Assembly (NCBI GenBank): GCA_038040485.1
Contig: JBBPIE010000006.1
Coordinates: 142,435-206,434, forward strand
Direction of reading: 5' to 3'
DNA: 64,000 bases
From: Candidatus Onstottus arcticum
Lineage (GTDB): Bacteria > Acidobacteriota > Blastocatellia > UBA7656
Positions 53,296 to 63,243 of the stretch are shown piece after piece. The notes below the pieces were generated by a model. It did not search any database and was not told where the DNA came from. It saw nothing but the letters and a program-made list of their open reading frames with translations. A program made the position numbers and the translations under genes. The stretch's first letter is position 1; each line of letters starts with the position of its first letter.

Positions 53296-54153
53296 CTAGG
53301 AGCCCGGCAGCTTCAGAAGCCTTGCTGCATTGTCATGCAAGATCTTTCGCGTCACCTCGGGCGAGAATCCTCCTACCGTTTCAAAGTCCGAAAGCCACCG
53401 CGAAGGCGTGATGAACGGGTAATCGCTTCCAAACAGAATCCGGTCCTGCAGTCTACTTCGCGCTTCGTCCATTATCGTCTTCGGGATGTATTTCGGAGAC
53501 CACCCCGACAAGTCCATAAACACATTTGACTTGTGCCCAATGATCGCAAGCATCTCTTCGTGCCACGGCCATGCCGGATGCGCCCCTATTATTGTCAGCC
53601 GCGGAAAATCAGCCGCCACGTGATCCAGATAAATAGGCCGCGTGTAGTCCAACTTGACGCCCATTCCGCCCGGCGTGCCCGCACCCAAGCCATTCGTCCC
53701 GGTGTGAAACAGGGCGGGCACTCCGAGCTCCGAGATCCTCTCGTAGAGCGGATAGAACTGCTTGTCGTTTGGATAAAACGCTTGAATCCCGGGGTGAAAC
53801 TTTGCGCCAATCAGGCCAAGCTCTTTGATCGCGCGTTCCATCTCATCGACAGCGCGCTTTCCTTTCCACGGATCAACCGAAGCAAACCCCACAAAGCGCT
53901 CGGGATACTTCGCTACGACGGCGGCAACTTCATCATTGGTAAGCGGTGGCAGGCCGGTCGCTGTCTCCGCGTCCCACGCCAGCAGCACGCCAATGATATC
54001 CAAGTCGTCATAGACTTGCGCGACTTCGTCCATCTCGCGCACTGGAACCCGGCTCCGAAAAAAAGCTTCAGCGGGTTCGCGAAATGGCTTGATAGCACCG
54101 TCGAGGAAACTCGCGGTCGGTAGATGTACATGCATGTCGATCGCGTATGACAT
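53296..54153 (-). CDS. amidohydrolase-2 family metal-dependent hydrolase (ACMSD-like TIM barrel)
   Basis: ATG (complement of 54151-54153) MSYAIDMHVHLPT...FHTG...HPAWPW...FGSDYP: His/Asp metal ligands of PF04909-type amidohydrolases. The RBS AGGAAAT comes from the flanking family-A repeat. Confidence 0.8.
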   Translation of the reverse strand: MSYAIDMHVHLPTASFLDGAIKPFREPAEAFFRSRVPVREMDEVAQVYDDLDIIGVLLAWDAETATGLPPLTNDEVAAVVAKYPERFVGFASVDPWKGKRAVDEMERAIKELGLIGAKFHPGIQAFYPNDKQFYPLYERISELGVPALFHTGTNGLGAGTPGGMGVKLDYTRPIYLDHVAADFPRLTIIGAHPAWPWHEEMLAIIGHKSNVFMDLSGWSPKYIPKTIMDEARSRLQDRILFGSDYPFITPSRWLSDFETVGGFSPEVTRKILHDNAARLLKLPGS

Positions 54154-54157
54154 ATTT

Positions 54158-54376
54158 CCTGGGAGCGCAGGCGTCTCGCCAGCAGGTCTCACTACATCAA
54201 TCACTGGGCGAGATTCAGTTTCTCGCCGCAGTCTCACAACTATCAATCACGGCAGGCGAGACGCAGCTTGCCGTCCGCGGTCTCACAACTATCAATCACT
54301 GCAGGCGAGACGCAGCTTGCCGCCCGCCGGTCTCACAACTATCAATCACGGCAGGCGAGACGCCTGCGCTCCCAGG
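54158..54376. repeat. family-A MITE-like element, copy 5 (219 nt): termini CCTGGGAGCGCAGGCGTCTCGCC / GGCGAGACGCCTGCGCTCCCAGG flanking about 3.5 tandem 50-nt internal repeats
   Basis: It fills the whole gap between the M28 peptidase stop (54379) and the amidohydrolase start (54153). Internal units tctcacaactatcaatcac(g/t)gcaggcgagacgcagcttgccg(t/c)ccgc(g/c)g. Confidence 0.7.
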
Positions 54377-54378
54377 CT

Positions 54379-56055
54379 CTATTTCCCGTTATGCACGACC
54401 TCGCCTGGGAGCGGCTTGCGCGGGAGCTTCTCGGCTCGCATTGCGGTGTTGTAGACGAACGCTGCCATGATCACGGCCGCCTGCTTCATATCGCCTTCCT
54501 GAATCCGGTCGAACACATCCATGTTCGAGTGATGGGTTCGGCTCTCGTACTCAATTTCGTCCTGAATGAATTGAAAGCCCGGCAAGCCAACTCCATCGAA
54601 GGATTGGTGATCAGTCCCGCCCGTGTTCGAAACCGTAAGCGTTGTAGCGCCCATATCCTTGAACGGTGCAAGCCACGCCCGAAAGATCGGCCGCACTAAC
54701 TCATTTCCTTGCATGTAGACACCGCGAATCTTGCCCGTTCCGTTGTCCAGATTGAAGTAGCCGGCGAACCTCTCGTGCTCCGACTTCAGTGCGAGCTGCA
54801 CCGGCGGGCGAGGCGTATTGGGTTGGTCGGGAGGCTGTGGGTCTCCGAATCGCGGCTCGAGACCAAGCCGTTTGCCAAAGTGCTCGGCCACATAAGCCCG
54901 CGAGCCCAGCAAGCCTTGCTCTTCTCCGCTCCACAAACCTATGCGTATCGTTCGCCGCGGCTTCAGGCCGAGCGCTTGAAGGATCCGAACTGCTTCCATG
55001 CAGACGGCCGACCCGGCGCCGTTATCAGTCGCGCCCGTCCCCGCGTGCCACGAGTCGAAGTGTGCGCCCAACATCACCACCTCGTCCTTCAAGTCGCTGC
55101 CTGGAATCTCGGCGACTACGTTGTGACTCATCAAATCCTGGTCGTGATACCTGGCTGAGATATTTATCTCGATTTCGACAGCCGCTTTCGCGGCGATCAT
55201 CCTGATGATCCGGTTGTACTGCTCGACCCCGACGACAACCTGTGGAATGACGAACGGCGCATCCTTGTCGCGAACGTTCTTTCGCTTGTCGACGGGAGTG
55301 CCCTCCGGGTAGGAGAGAGTGGCGCCTTGCACGAAAACGGTTCCGCCGTCGCCACGGCTCGGCTCGAGCACAAGTGCCGCGCCTTCTGCGTAGATCATCT
55401 CCCACTTCTTGTTTTGAAGCGTTCGCTCCGCCAGTTGCTCGGGAGTGAAATTGCGAAACCTGCCTCGGTCTCCGGCGACGGGTGGCTCGGCGTTGGCAAG
55501 CTTCAACAAGCCTTCATCGGTTTCTCTCGTAGCCAGCGGTTCGAAGTGAGCCTTCACTTCCCGCGTTGGCGAGAGCAAAACGATCGCGCCTTTCAGCTTG
55601 CCTTTGTACTGGTCGAGATCCGCCGCCGTCTTGGCGTCGAACAGGATCGGCTTGCCTCGCAGCGCGCCGTTTGTGCTTGCTGACCACGCTTTCGGATAGG
55701 CGATCAGCGGAACGTAATAAGGCTTGATCAGCCCGGCTGAAAAGTTTTCAAGCGACCAGCCACGTCCGAACTGCCACGCCTCGAGACGCCCGTTCTGAAG
55801 TCCCCACTCTGTGAGCTTCTGTTTTGCCCACTGCTGCGCCGCGCGAATGTTCGGCGAGTTGGTGAGCCTCGCGCCTTCAACATCGGTCAAGTAGCTCAGG
55901 ATTTCCATCACCTGAGATCGCTTGAGCCCTTCTTCTTTGATCTTGTTGATTGCATCAAGGTCCACCTTTTCCTGCGGAGCCTGCCCGCGCACAGCGACGC
56001 CCGAGCCGCCCAGCGAAGCAATCACAAACAGAACAGTCAGATAACGCTTAAACAT
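54379..56055 (-). CDS. M28-family peptidase (aminopeptidase with PA domain), secreted
   Basis: ATG at 56055 with SD GAGGGAGG. Signal peptide [24 protein letters not shown]. Zinc-ligand blocks [17 protein letters not shown] and EEQGLLGS. Confidence 0.85.
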   Translation of the reverse strand: MFKRYLTVLFVIASLGGSGVAVRGQAPQEKVDLDAINKIKEEGLKRSQVMEILSYLTDVEGARLTNSPNIRAAQQWAKQKLTEWGLQNGRLEAWQFGRGWSLENFSAGLIKPYYVPLIAYPKAWSASTNGALRGKPILFDAKTAADLDQYKGKLKGAIVLLSPTREVKAHFEPLATRETDEGLLKLANAEPPVAGDRGRFRNFTPEQLAERTLQNKKWEMIYAEGAALVLEPSRGDGGTVFVQGATLSYPEGTPVDKRKNVRDKDAPFVIPQVVVGVEQYNRIIRMIAAKAAVEIEINISARYHDQDLMSHNVVAEIPGSDLKDEVVMLGAHFDSWHAGTGATDNGAGSAVCMEAVRILQALGLKPRRTIRIGLWSGEEQGLLGSRAYVAEHFGKRLGLEPRFGDPQPPDQPNTPRPPVQLALKSEHERFAGYFNLDNGTGKIRGVYMQGNELVRPIFRAWLAPFKDMGATTLTVSNTGGTDHQSFDGVGLPGFQFIQDEIEYESRTHHSNMDVFDRIQEGDMKQAAVIMAAFVYNTAMRAEKLPRKPLPGEVVHNGK

Positions 56056-56281
56056 TTCGCCTCCCTCGTGAAATGGATTCTTATTCTTGAGTGACACCTA
56101 TCCGGGCGGCCCTCCGTGGCCGCCCCTCCACACAAACGTTTAAGTCAGTTCGCGTTTGAAGGGGCGGCCACGGAGCAACCCTGCCCGTTTTGCGGGCCAA
56201 TGCCCTTTGAGAAACCCTACCCGTAAGCTGTTGATTCCATTAAACAGCTTCCGGGTGGTTTCTAAGGAGGGCCGACCCTAA

Positions 56282-58735
56282 CTATCTTTCTTGTTTTGCG
56301 CCTCGCGGCTCGAGCACCAGCCGCTCGGCGGCATTCTTCTCAACCTTTTCCCGGCTGAACAGCATAGGGAAATACTTCCCTTCGACCCAGAGCGGCAAAA
56401 GGTCGGCGTAGTGCGGACTCGTCGGCTGACCCGACTGACCAGGCACGTTGATTGCGACCGAGTTGTCCCAATCGCTCAGATCGAGTATCTCGCGAAACGA
56501 CGCGCCGGCTCGCTGTATGAACTTGGGGCCGCTCGTAGCGTTGACTGTGTTCCCGTCGCCGCCGCGTGCAACACTCTTCAGGTCGAACACTGATCGCGTT
56601 GCGTCGTCCGTCGAGAGCGGATGCTTGAACTCCGCGACATGAAGATCGCTCCAGCGCCATTTCTTCATGTCGGGTCCGAATCGGGCGCGCAGCTCCCTCA
56701 CCGCGTCAGCGAAACTCATCGCGACCAGCAGACGCGCTTTGCCCTGTGCGTTCGCTCCGAACAACTTCGCGTCGGGATTCTTCAGCGCCCGGATCATCGT
56801 TGTGAACAGCACGCCGCTACCAACCTTCCCCCGCGCTTCGGCAGGAAGAATCCGATCCGCGAAAGTCACCCCGAGTTTCTGAATCCACATTTCGTAAATC
56901 GCGGCGCCTGCGGAGTCCTTCGCTAACACGCGGTCCCATCTGAGAAGGAGCCTGCCTGCTTGCTGGATGTGTATCGGAAACCCGGCAAGCCGGCCCTTCA
57001 AAAGCGGCACAAGTTCGCGAGCCGGAAGCGATGCTTCGTCGTGCTGCAATCGTTTGAAGTCTTCAACCGTGAACTTCGCACTCTTGCCCAGCACCTCCTC
57101 GATCCGATTGAAGCGATACGGCGCGGCCCATTCAAAGTTGATCTCGTGCTTGTATCCCTCCGGGATGACTTTGTGATTGGCTGTAGCGATGAAATTCTTC
57201 GCCGGGTTGTATGCGCGCGGCAACTCCGAAAGCGGAAGGAACCCGTCCCACTCGTAGCGGCCGGAATCGCCCGGCACCGGCAGCAAACCCGACCATCCGC
57301 GCCTAACCGGAGCCGCGCCTGCCGCTTGCCAGCCGATGTTCCCGTCCACGTCCGCGTAAACCAGATTCTCCGAAGGCACCTTCCAGCGTTCGAGCGCCTT
57401 CAAGAACTCGGGCCAGTTCTTCGCGCGATTCAGCGAGAGCGATGCCAGGTAACCCGCCGACCCGGGCTCGCTTCCAATCCACTTCAGCGCGTACGCGCGA
57501 TCGAGATCCGGATCCTCGTAGATAACCGGCCCGTGCCTTGTGAACTTCAGCTCCACGTCGATTGGTTCAGCCCTGCCTTTTACTTTGATCTTCTCATGCT
57601 CGACCCTCATACGAAGCCACTTGTCCTTGAAGCGGTACACAGTCGGGAAGTTCGGGCGGATTTGTTCGACGTAGAGGTCTTGCTGGTCGATGCCGACGAT
57701 CGTGAACCCGAATCCGATTCGCTCATTGTGCCCCGCCGCGACTCCCGGCAGAGTCGGTTCGCCCGCGCCGATTACATTCCAACCCGGTCCTACCAGATGA
57801 ACCATATACCTGAGCGAGGGCAACAGGATTGGCCGATGCGGATCGTTAGCGAGAATCGGTTTGCCGGTCGCCGAAAGCGCGCCGCTTACGACCCAGTTGT
57901 TGCTGCCTTCGGTTCGCGAACGCGCTTCGATCTGGGCGAGGGTTTCGCCATCGCCCGCCAGACTCGAGGTTGCGGACGCGCCTCCCGAAAAGCTCACCGG
58001 CGTGCTGGCGGCTTTCGCTCCCGCGAGTATCTTTTCGTCGATGCCGGTCAGGTCCAGACCCGCGGGCACTTCAACTTTCTTAAAGGGATCAGTCTCGATC
58101 CATAGATCGACCTTCTCGGGACCGAACCGTTTTACGAGTTGCGCCCGAAGGACTTCCGCCGACGCATTGCGGGTCATCACATATCCCGCCATTCTCGTCA
58201 GACAAACTTCGGGCGTCCACGGCTCCGGCTTGATGCCCGTCAACTCGAACTCGATGGGTAAACGGTCGCGGCTCGTCTCGATAAACGCGTTCACGCCTCT
58301 GACGAACGACTCGATGATCTGCTTGGCGTCGGGCGCGTAGCTCTGCCACTCGGCTTCCATGTTTCCACGGTAGCGCATGAGCCGCGCGAACTTGTCGCGC
58401 TCGACGGCCGATTCTCCCAGCACCTCCGCGAGCTTGCCCTCTCCGGTTCGACGCCAGATCTCCATTTGCCACAGCCGGTCTTGCGCGGCGACAAAACCCT
58501 GGGCAAAGAACAAATCCTCCTGGGTCTCCGCGTAGATGTGCGGGACACCCCAGCGGTCACGGATGACTTCAACCGGCTTCTGTAAGCCGTCCAACTCGAT
58601 CCGCCCCGACGTCTGAGCCAGCGCGGCTCGCGCGCGCGAACGGAGATCGGCAACCGACCGGTCCAACGAATTGCCGCTGATTCCGATCTGGATCGCGAGG
58701 CCAACGGCCAGGATGGTGAGGGCGAGCTTCTTCAT
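56282..58735 (-). CDS. penicillin acylase / N-acyl-homoserine-lactone acylase family (Ntn hydrolase)
   Basis: ATG at 58735 gives the signal peptide [21 protein letters not shown]. Autoproteolytic/nucleophile motif GSNNWVVSG and a downstream DPH block. Confidence 0.9.
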   Translation of the reverse strand: MKKLALTILAVGLAIQIGISGNSLDRSVADLRSRARAALAQTSGRIELDGLQKPVEVIRDRWGVPHIYAETQEDLFFAQGFVAAQDRLWQMEIWRRTGEGKLAEVLGESAVERDKFARLMRYRGNMEAEWQSYAPDAKQIIESFVRGVNAFIETSRDRLPIEFELTGIKPEPWTPEVCLTRMAGYVMTRNASAEVLRAQLVKRFGPEKVDLWIETDPFKKVEVPAGLDLTGIDEKILAGAKAASTPVSFSGGASATSSLAGDGETLAQIEARSRTEGSNNWVVSGALSATGKPILANDPHRPILLPSLRYMVHLVGPGWNVIGAGEPTLPGVAAGHNERIGFGFTIVGIDQQDLYVEQIRPNFPTVYRFKDKWLRMRVEHEKIKVKGRAEPIDVELKFTRHGPVIYEDPDLDRAYALKWIGSEPGSAGYLASLSLNRAKNWPEFLKALERWKVPSENLVYADVDGNIGWQAAGAAPVRRGWSGLLPVPGDSGRYEWDGFLPLSELPRAYNPAKNFIATANHKVIPEGYKHEINFEWAAPYRFNRIEEVLGKSAKFTVEDFKRLQHDEASLPARELVPLLKGRLAGFPIHIQQAGRLLLRWDRVLAKDSAGAAIYEMWIQKLGVTFADRILPAEARGKVGSGVLFTTMIRALKNPDAKLFGANAQGKARLLVAMSFADAVRELRARFGPDMKKWRWSDLHVAEFKHPLSTDDATRSVFDLKSVARGGDGNTVNATSGPKFIQRAGASFREILDLSDWDNSVAINVPGQSGQPTSPHYADLLPLWVEGKYFPMLFSREKVEKNAAERLVLEPRGAKQER

Positions 58736-58923
58736 CGGGCTCTCGGCGGTTCCGCTTCCGCATAGCAAGGCGGCACGTCCGCTTCTACCGCGGCTCCTGA
58801 TTCAAACGTCGATGAGGTATTTGCAGGTCTAGCCTGCGTCTCCACTGTGCGGTGTCTTTCGGGAACGATATGCTATGCCGCGCAGGTGAATGCGTCAACC
58901 TGAGGCATACGGCCTCGCGCGCA

Positions 58924-59211
58924 CCGCGTAGCGGCCTCCTATCGATAGTTCGCGCGCTGGACCAATGTCGTGGACCGCGTAGCGGTGTCCTATCGATAGC
59001 ACGGTCATCAAGCGTCAACGCCTGGCCGCATAGCGGCTACCTGACCTTCGCGCTGACCGACCGGCATGCGTATGGATCCAGGTACCCGCTACGCGGCCCG
59101 CTCGCCCCGCGCACGTTCGGTCTATCGATAGGTAGCCGCTACGCGGCCCGCTCGCCCCGCGCACGTTCTGACTATCGACAGGTAGCCGCTACGCGGCCGC
59201 TTATCTCGACA
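58924..59211. repeat. composite repeat array: inverted/direct copies of CGCGTAGCGG-N5-CTATCGATAG plus 2.6 tandem 50-nt units, between the divergent acylase and radC genes
   Basis: 58924-58948 and 58975-58999 in one orientation. 59081-59130, 59131-59180 and 59181-59211 in the other. Contains the perfect 10-bp palindrome CTATCGATAG three times. Confidence 0.75.
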
Positions 59212-59227
59212 CCTCGCGCTTCCGACG

Positions 59228-59255
59228 TTGCACACCGACTGACTCGGTATATAAT
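59228..59255 (+). promoter_or_regulatory. sigma70-like promoter for radC (TTGCAC - 16 nt - TATAAT)
   Basis: -35 at 59228-59233. -10 TATAAT at 59250-59255. SD GAAGGAAGG before the ATG at 59334. Confidence 0.45.
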
Positions 59256-59333
59256 CGCCAACCGAGCGATGGCAATCGTGGGCGCATCGACCTGAGGCAA
59301 GGTCTGTGCGAGCTTCAAAAGAAGGAAGGTCGC

Positions 59334-60017
59334 ATGAGCGACAACCCAGATCACCACGAACATCGCAAACGGCTAAGAGAACGCTTTCAGCGAGGCGGCG
59401 CCGAAGGGCTTCACAACTACGAACTGCTCGAACTGCTGTTGACCTACGCAATCCCGCGAGTCGACGTCAAACCTCCAGCCAAAGCGTTACTGAAACGGTT
59501 CAAGACTCTCGGCGGTGTGCTCGACGCGAGCCAGGCTGAGCTTGAATCGGTTCGCGGACTCGGCGGGTCGTCGGCAGTTTTGATTCGACTGGTTAAGGAG
59601 CTTCTGGGCGCGTACCTCGAAGAGCAGATCCAGCACCGCGACGTTCTCTCGTCACCAGAAGCTGTGAGGGACTTCGCGCGGATGAAGCTGGCGGGGCTCC
59701 CGCACGAAGCCTTCATGGTTATCTTTCTTGATGTGAAGAACCACGTCATCGACCACGAAGTCCTGCACGAAGGAACCGTCGATCGCGCAGTTGTCTACCC
59801 GCGCCGCATCATCGAATCTGCGCTTGCTCATCACGCGGCTGGATTGATCCTGAGTCACAACCATCCAAGCGGCGACCCCGCGCCTTCACAGGAAGACAAA
59901 AGGCTAACTCGCAGCGTAGTCGAAGCTGCTCGAACCGTGGAGATCAGAGTGCTGGATCACTTGATAGTCGGAAAGGCCGGCCACTTCAGCTTTCATGAGA
60001 ATCAGTTGTTGAGTTAG
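59334..60017 (+). CDS. radC: RadC-like JAB/MPN domain protein (UPF0758)
   Basis: N-terminal HhH region (GYRERFQ-like, ELLELLLTY...PAKALLKRFKTLGGVL) and the JAMM motif HNHPSGDPAPSQED. Confidence 0.85.
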   Translation: MSDNPDHHEHRKRLRERFQRGGAEGLHNYELLELLLTYAIPRVDVKPPAKALLKRFKTLGGVLDASQAELESVRGLGGSSAVLIRLVKELLGAYLEEQIQHRDVLSSPEAVRDFARMKLAGLPHEAFMVIFLDVKNHVIDHEVLHEGTVDRAVVYPRRIIESALAHHAAGLILSHNHPSGDPAPSQEDKRLTRSVVEAARTVEIRVLDHLIVGKAGHFSFHENQLLS

Positions 60018-60075
60018 CAAGCAGAGAGGTGCAAAGCTGCCGATCAAAAGGGGAACCATGATCAGTCTGCCACGG

Positions 60076-60933
60076 CTATTCCTCGATCAAGCCGTGAGCC
60101 TTCATATAATCCCTCAGGTGCGTGGCGAAATCCTCTGCCTCATCTTCTTCGACCAATTGCTTATCGATTTTGATCTTGTGAAGAATATCCTTTGCTTTGG
60201 CGTAGGCTCGTTGATGGCTTTCTATGAGCGGACGACCTAAGAGTATGTAGAGCTTGGACAACTCGGGATGGCCTTCCACTGCAGCCGCAGTTCCGAGCAT
60301 ATTCATCGCTCTTCGTTGAATGGTCTCGGCCTTGACGTAGTCTAGTGAGACCGCTTGTAGCACTCGCCAATTGTCGTTCTTGAACGCGTGATCAAACTTC
60401 AAAGTTACCTCGTCGGTTTGAAGCGTCCAGGGACGAAGCCTCTTATGTACAAGCGTCTGTACTAACGGCCTGCTGTAAACAGCCCAAACTTCTTCGTCCG
60501 TGCGCTTCTCAGTCTCATGGGCCGCGTATTGCGATGCCACCATTCGATCGAAGATTTCACTAAGCGCTTGATCTGGATCATCCGTGATGCCCGCCAGGAC
60601 CGGGCCCGAGATAAAGCTGAGCCCCTCATCCGGCCATATCTGAGCGATGAATCCAGCGACTGTTTCGGGTGGCCGGCCCGGCGGCAACAGCGTAGGCACC
60701 AAGTCTTCCGAAAGCTTGTCGAGCGCCGATTCAAATTGTCGCAAGGACCGTTTGTAGTGTTCACCTTTAAAGTCGACAAAAGTGTTAGACAACCTCTCGA
60801 AGCGATGCTCGAATCGAGCAGCCAGATATCGCACGGATGGCGCCCAGAGAACGACACCTACATTGAGCGTCTCTCCCGTCGCCGGATCGTGAAGGTATTT
60901 GACGACACTATACGTATAGGATATGCCGTTCAT
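60076..60933 (-). CDS. DUF3037 domain protein
   Basis: N-terminus MNGISYTYSVVKYLHDPATGETLNVGVVLWAP matches the DUF3037 consensus (YSVLRYVPDxxRGEFVNIGVIL). The ATG overlaps the upstream stop (ATGA). Strong SD AAGGAGC. GC about 52%. Confidence 0.8.
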   Translation of the reverse strand: MNGISYTYSVVKYLHDPATGETLNVGVVLWAPSVRYLAARFEHRFERLSNTFVDFKGEHYKRSLRQFESALDKLSEDLVPTLLPPGRPPETVAGFIAQIWPDEGLSFISGPVLAGITDDPDQALSEIFDRMVASQYAAHETEKRTDEEVWAVYSRPLVQTLVHKRLRPWTLQTDEVTLKFDHAFKNDNWRVLQAVSLDYVKAETIQRRAMNMLGTAAAVEGHPELSKLYILLGRPLIESHQRAYAKAKDILHKIKIDKQLVEEDEAEDFATHLRDYMKAHGLIEE

Positions 60934-61760
60934 AGCAAGCTCCTTTGAAGCTCCAACTCGAATTGAGGGAGATTCATTATAACCTCAGTGATGTGCTCGC
61001 GCACTCTGGCGGCCTCGGATTGCCAAGCTCCCGGAAGAGCCGATGCTAACTGTTCAAGGCGCTCCGCGGTTAGAGCGCGCAGCCGGACAATGAGCGGCGT
61101 CCAACTTGGGGCCTTTGCTTTCAGTATCGAGTAAAACAGATGATTTGCTCCGATTCCGTGGCGTGATACCTCCCAAGGTGGAGCAAGTCCTCCAATGATC
61201 GGGAGCAAGAAACTAAAAGACCTCTCGAAGTCGAAGGCGATCAGAGATCCTGCAAGCGATGCGCAATTGGGCCTGTCCCACCGTCGATCTGGATTCTGCA
61301 CCAAGAGATCAAAGCCATAGATCAGCGTCGCCTGCTCAACTTCCTCTTGCGTCAAGAAAGCACCGGGCACGGCAGGCGTAAGTCCGCCATGCAGATATTC
61401 GCACCCGGATCCCAGACTAGGCGTCAAAGAAATACCGTATTCCGCAACAAGCGGGCTGACCGCCTGAACAAACTCGGGGCTTAAGTTGACGAGCGCCGGT
61501 GTCGGAGTAGCGACGCCGAGTTCTCTTGCCAGGAGATTCCCGAACACTTCACAAAACAAACTGGTCTCTGTGACTTCGGGGTGACCGACTGATTTGACGA
61601 CCATCAGACGATGATCCGGCGGACTTTCCGAGGTCTCCTCTTCTGAAGACGCGGACGAGTAATAGGCGCAGTCAACGACCAGCGGCCGAGTGCGGCCGAC
61701 GTCTAGCACCTTCTCAAAGCGTTGCGCTTCCCAAGTCTCAATCACTGGTGAACCTCGCAA
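60930..61760 (-). CDS. HipA-like kinase-fold protein (short, divergent catalytic loop)
   Basis: ETSLFCEVFGNLLARELGVATPTPALVNL aligns to HipA NEYYCLLLAKELGLNVPDAEIIKA. YGFDLLVQNPDRRWDRPNCA...LIAFDFERSF aligns to the HipA catalytic loop and activation-segment region (FQWLIGATDGHAKN...LTPFYDIISAF). Start TTG at 61760 or GTG at 61745, 10 nt after the hsdS stop. Confidence 0.6.
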   Translation of the reverse strand: MRGSPVIETWEAQRFEKVLDVGRTRPLVVDCAYYSSASSEEETSESPPDHRLMVVKSVGHPEVTETSLFCEVFGNLLARELGVATPTPALVNLSPEFVQAVSPLVAEYGISLTPSLGSGCEYLHGGLTPAVPGAFLTQEEVEQATLIYGFDLLVQNPDRRWDRPNCASLAGSLIAFDFERSFSFLLPIIGGLAPPWEVSRHGIGANHLFYSILKAKAPSWTPLIVRLRALTAERLEQLASALPGAWQSEAARVREHITEVIMNLPQFELELQRSLL

Positions 61761-61770
61761 ACATCAACTC

Positions 61771-63243
61771 TCACTTGCGTCGGCCCGCCCCTTTGCTGAG
61801 TCTCCGTTCTTGAAAGCGATTCGCTCTAGCGGTGGGCGGAGCCGCTGCTTCATTGCTGCGGCCTGTGCGGATGCTTTCTAGGAGAACAGATGCAGGTTCG
61901 TAGTCGCGGCCTTCGCGGCGGGCGAGTTCGGCTTCGGTCGGAACGAGTTCGCCTCGGAAGGCTTTGGCGAGGATGGATTGTGTCAGCTTATCAACGTGCG
62001 CCTGAGCCTTTCGATAACCCCCTTCAATCTGGTCGGCGAGTTTGAAGAGAGCTTCGACGCGACGGACGATTTCACTTTGTTCAGTTAGCGGTGGGAGTGA
62101 GATTCGCAGTCCTCGCACTTCTTCGCTGTTGATGTTATGCACTCCACTTGTCGAGCGTGCCGGGATTTCGATCTGGAGTCGCACATCGTAGCTGGATAGG
62201 GCAAGATTCAAATACTCCGGCAAGACCCGTGATCTGTTTGGACGAAGCCGAATCAGATAGCCCGCGTAAGCAAACCCTTTCTCCGGTTTCCTGATGAGTG
62301 CAGACTTGCCAACCAGAGATACGCTACCGTTTGACCTGATTAACAATACATCGCCTGGAACCAACCTGAGCTGCTCAAATTCCCTTTCCGGCAGCAAGGC
62401 GTACTTGACATCCGAATGGTCGATGACGCCGTCGGCGATATTGGGAATGCGCAAAACGGAAACGCCCTCTTTCTCGTAGCCACACTTCTGGGCTGTTCCA
62501 TATTTCAAAGTGTCAATAACCAAACCAACGCCAACCGACATCCAAGACTCGGGAAACTCATTCGTGGTCGATTGTCTTGCCTCGTCGAGTTGGATGAAGG
62601 CAGGTTCAGTATGCGGATTTTGCTCTCGCCAGTCAGCAGTAAGTTGGCCCGAGCAGGCCGTGGCGAGGACCGATTGACGAAAGCGTTTGAGTATCACTGG
62701 GATTCTCGCAAGTCGCTTCTGGCAGGCTTCCACTCTTGCCAATAGCTGTCTCAGCTTCGCGACGATTCGACGCTGCTCCGCGACCGACGCAAGAGGAATC
62801 TCAAGGTTGGCGAGCTTAGTGGCATTCACATTGGGGACTGCTATGCCGACAGACGACTCGGAGATGAAGGACCAATACGAATCAGACTTTAGATAGAATT
62901 CCAGATACTGGGGCAGAACGACATCCTTCAACGCCTTAAAGCGGATTAGGTAGGAGGCAAAGACGGCGTCGACCGGTGCTCGTCGAACTCGGTGACTAAT
63001 GCCGACCGAGCCTGCCCTTGAAACTAGAATGTCGTTGGGTGCTATGCGATACTTTTCTAAGTTAGCTGGTGGGGTTTGACAAAACGGGACACTGTCCCAA
63101 TCCTCAAGCCCATTTGAGATATCACTGGTCCTTAGTAGCCTGATCTTGCCAGACTTTGTCGCGCTAGATGTCCATCCGTACTGAGGCTTGGTGCACATTT
63201 CGCCTAGGGTAGCCAGAGTCCAGCCTTCCGGCAAAGTGTTCAT
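61771..63243 (-). CDS. hsdS: type I restriction-modification system specificity subunit HsdS (two target-recognition domains)
   Basis: Conserved HsdS central and C-terminal coiled regions (SVAEQRRIVAKLRQLLARVEAC, LPPLTEQSEIVRRVEALFKLADQIE) flanking two variable TRDs. The ATG overlaps the hsdM stop (ATGA). Confidence 0.9.
   Translation of the reverse strand: MNTLPEGWTLATLGEMCTKPQYGWTSSATKSGKIRLLRTSDISNGLEDWDSVPFCQTPPANLEKYRIAPNDILVSRAGSVGISHRVRRAPVDAVFASYLIRFKALKDVVLPQYLEFYLKSDSYWSFISESSVGIAVPNVNATKLANLEIPLASVAEQRRIVAKLRQLLARVEACQKRLARIPVILKRFRQSVLATACSGQLTADWREQNPHTEPAFIQLDEARQSTTNEFPESWMSVGVGLVIDTLKYGTAQKCGYEKEGVSVLRIPNIADGVIDHSDVKYALLPEREFEQLRLVPGDVLLIRSNGSVSLVGKSALIRKPEKGFAYAGYLIRLRPNRSRVLPEYLNLALSSYDVRLQIEIPARSTSGVHNINSEEVRGLRISLPPLTEQSEIVRRVEALFKLADQIEGGYRKAQAHVDKLTQSILAKAFRGELVPTEAELARREGRDYEPASVLLESIRTGRSNEAAAPPTARANRFQERRLSKGAGRRK

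Noticed and set aside
54183-54362. CRISPR array (also considered for 58924-59211 and 11367-11546)
   Set aside because: The tandem units are contiguous with no unique spacers and are bounded by family-A terminal inverted repeats. The radC-upstream array mixes orientations. The 11.4-kb tract is a 7-nt simple-sequence repeat. No cas genes are in the window.
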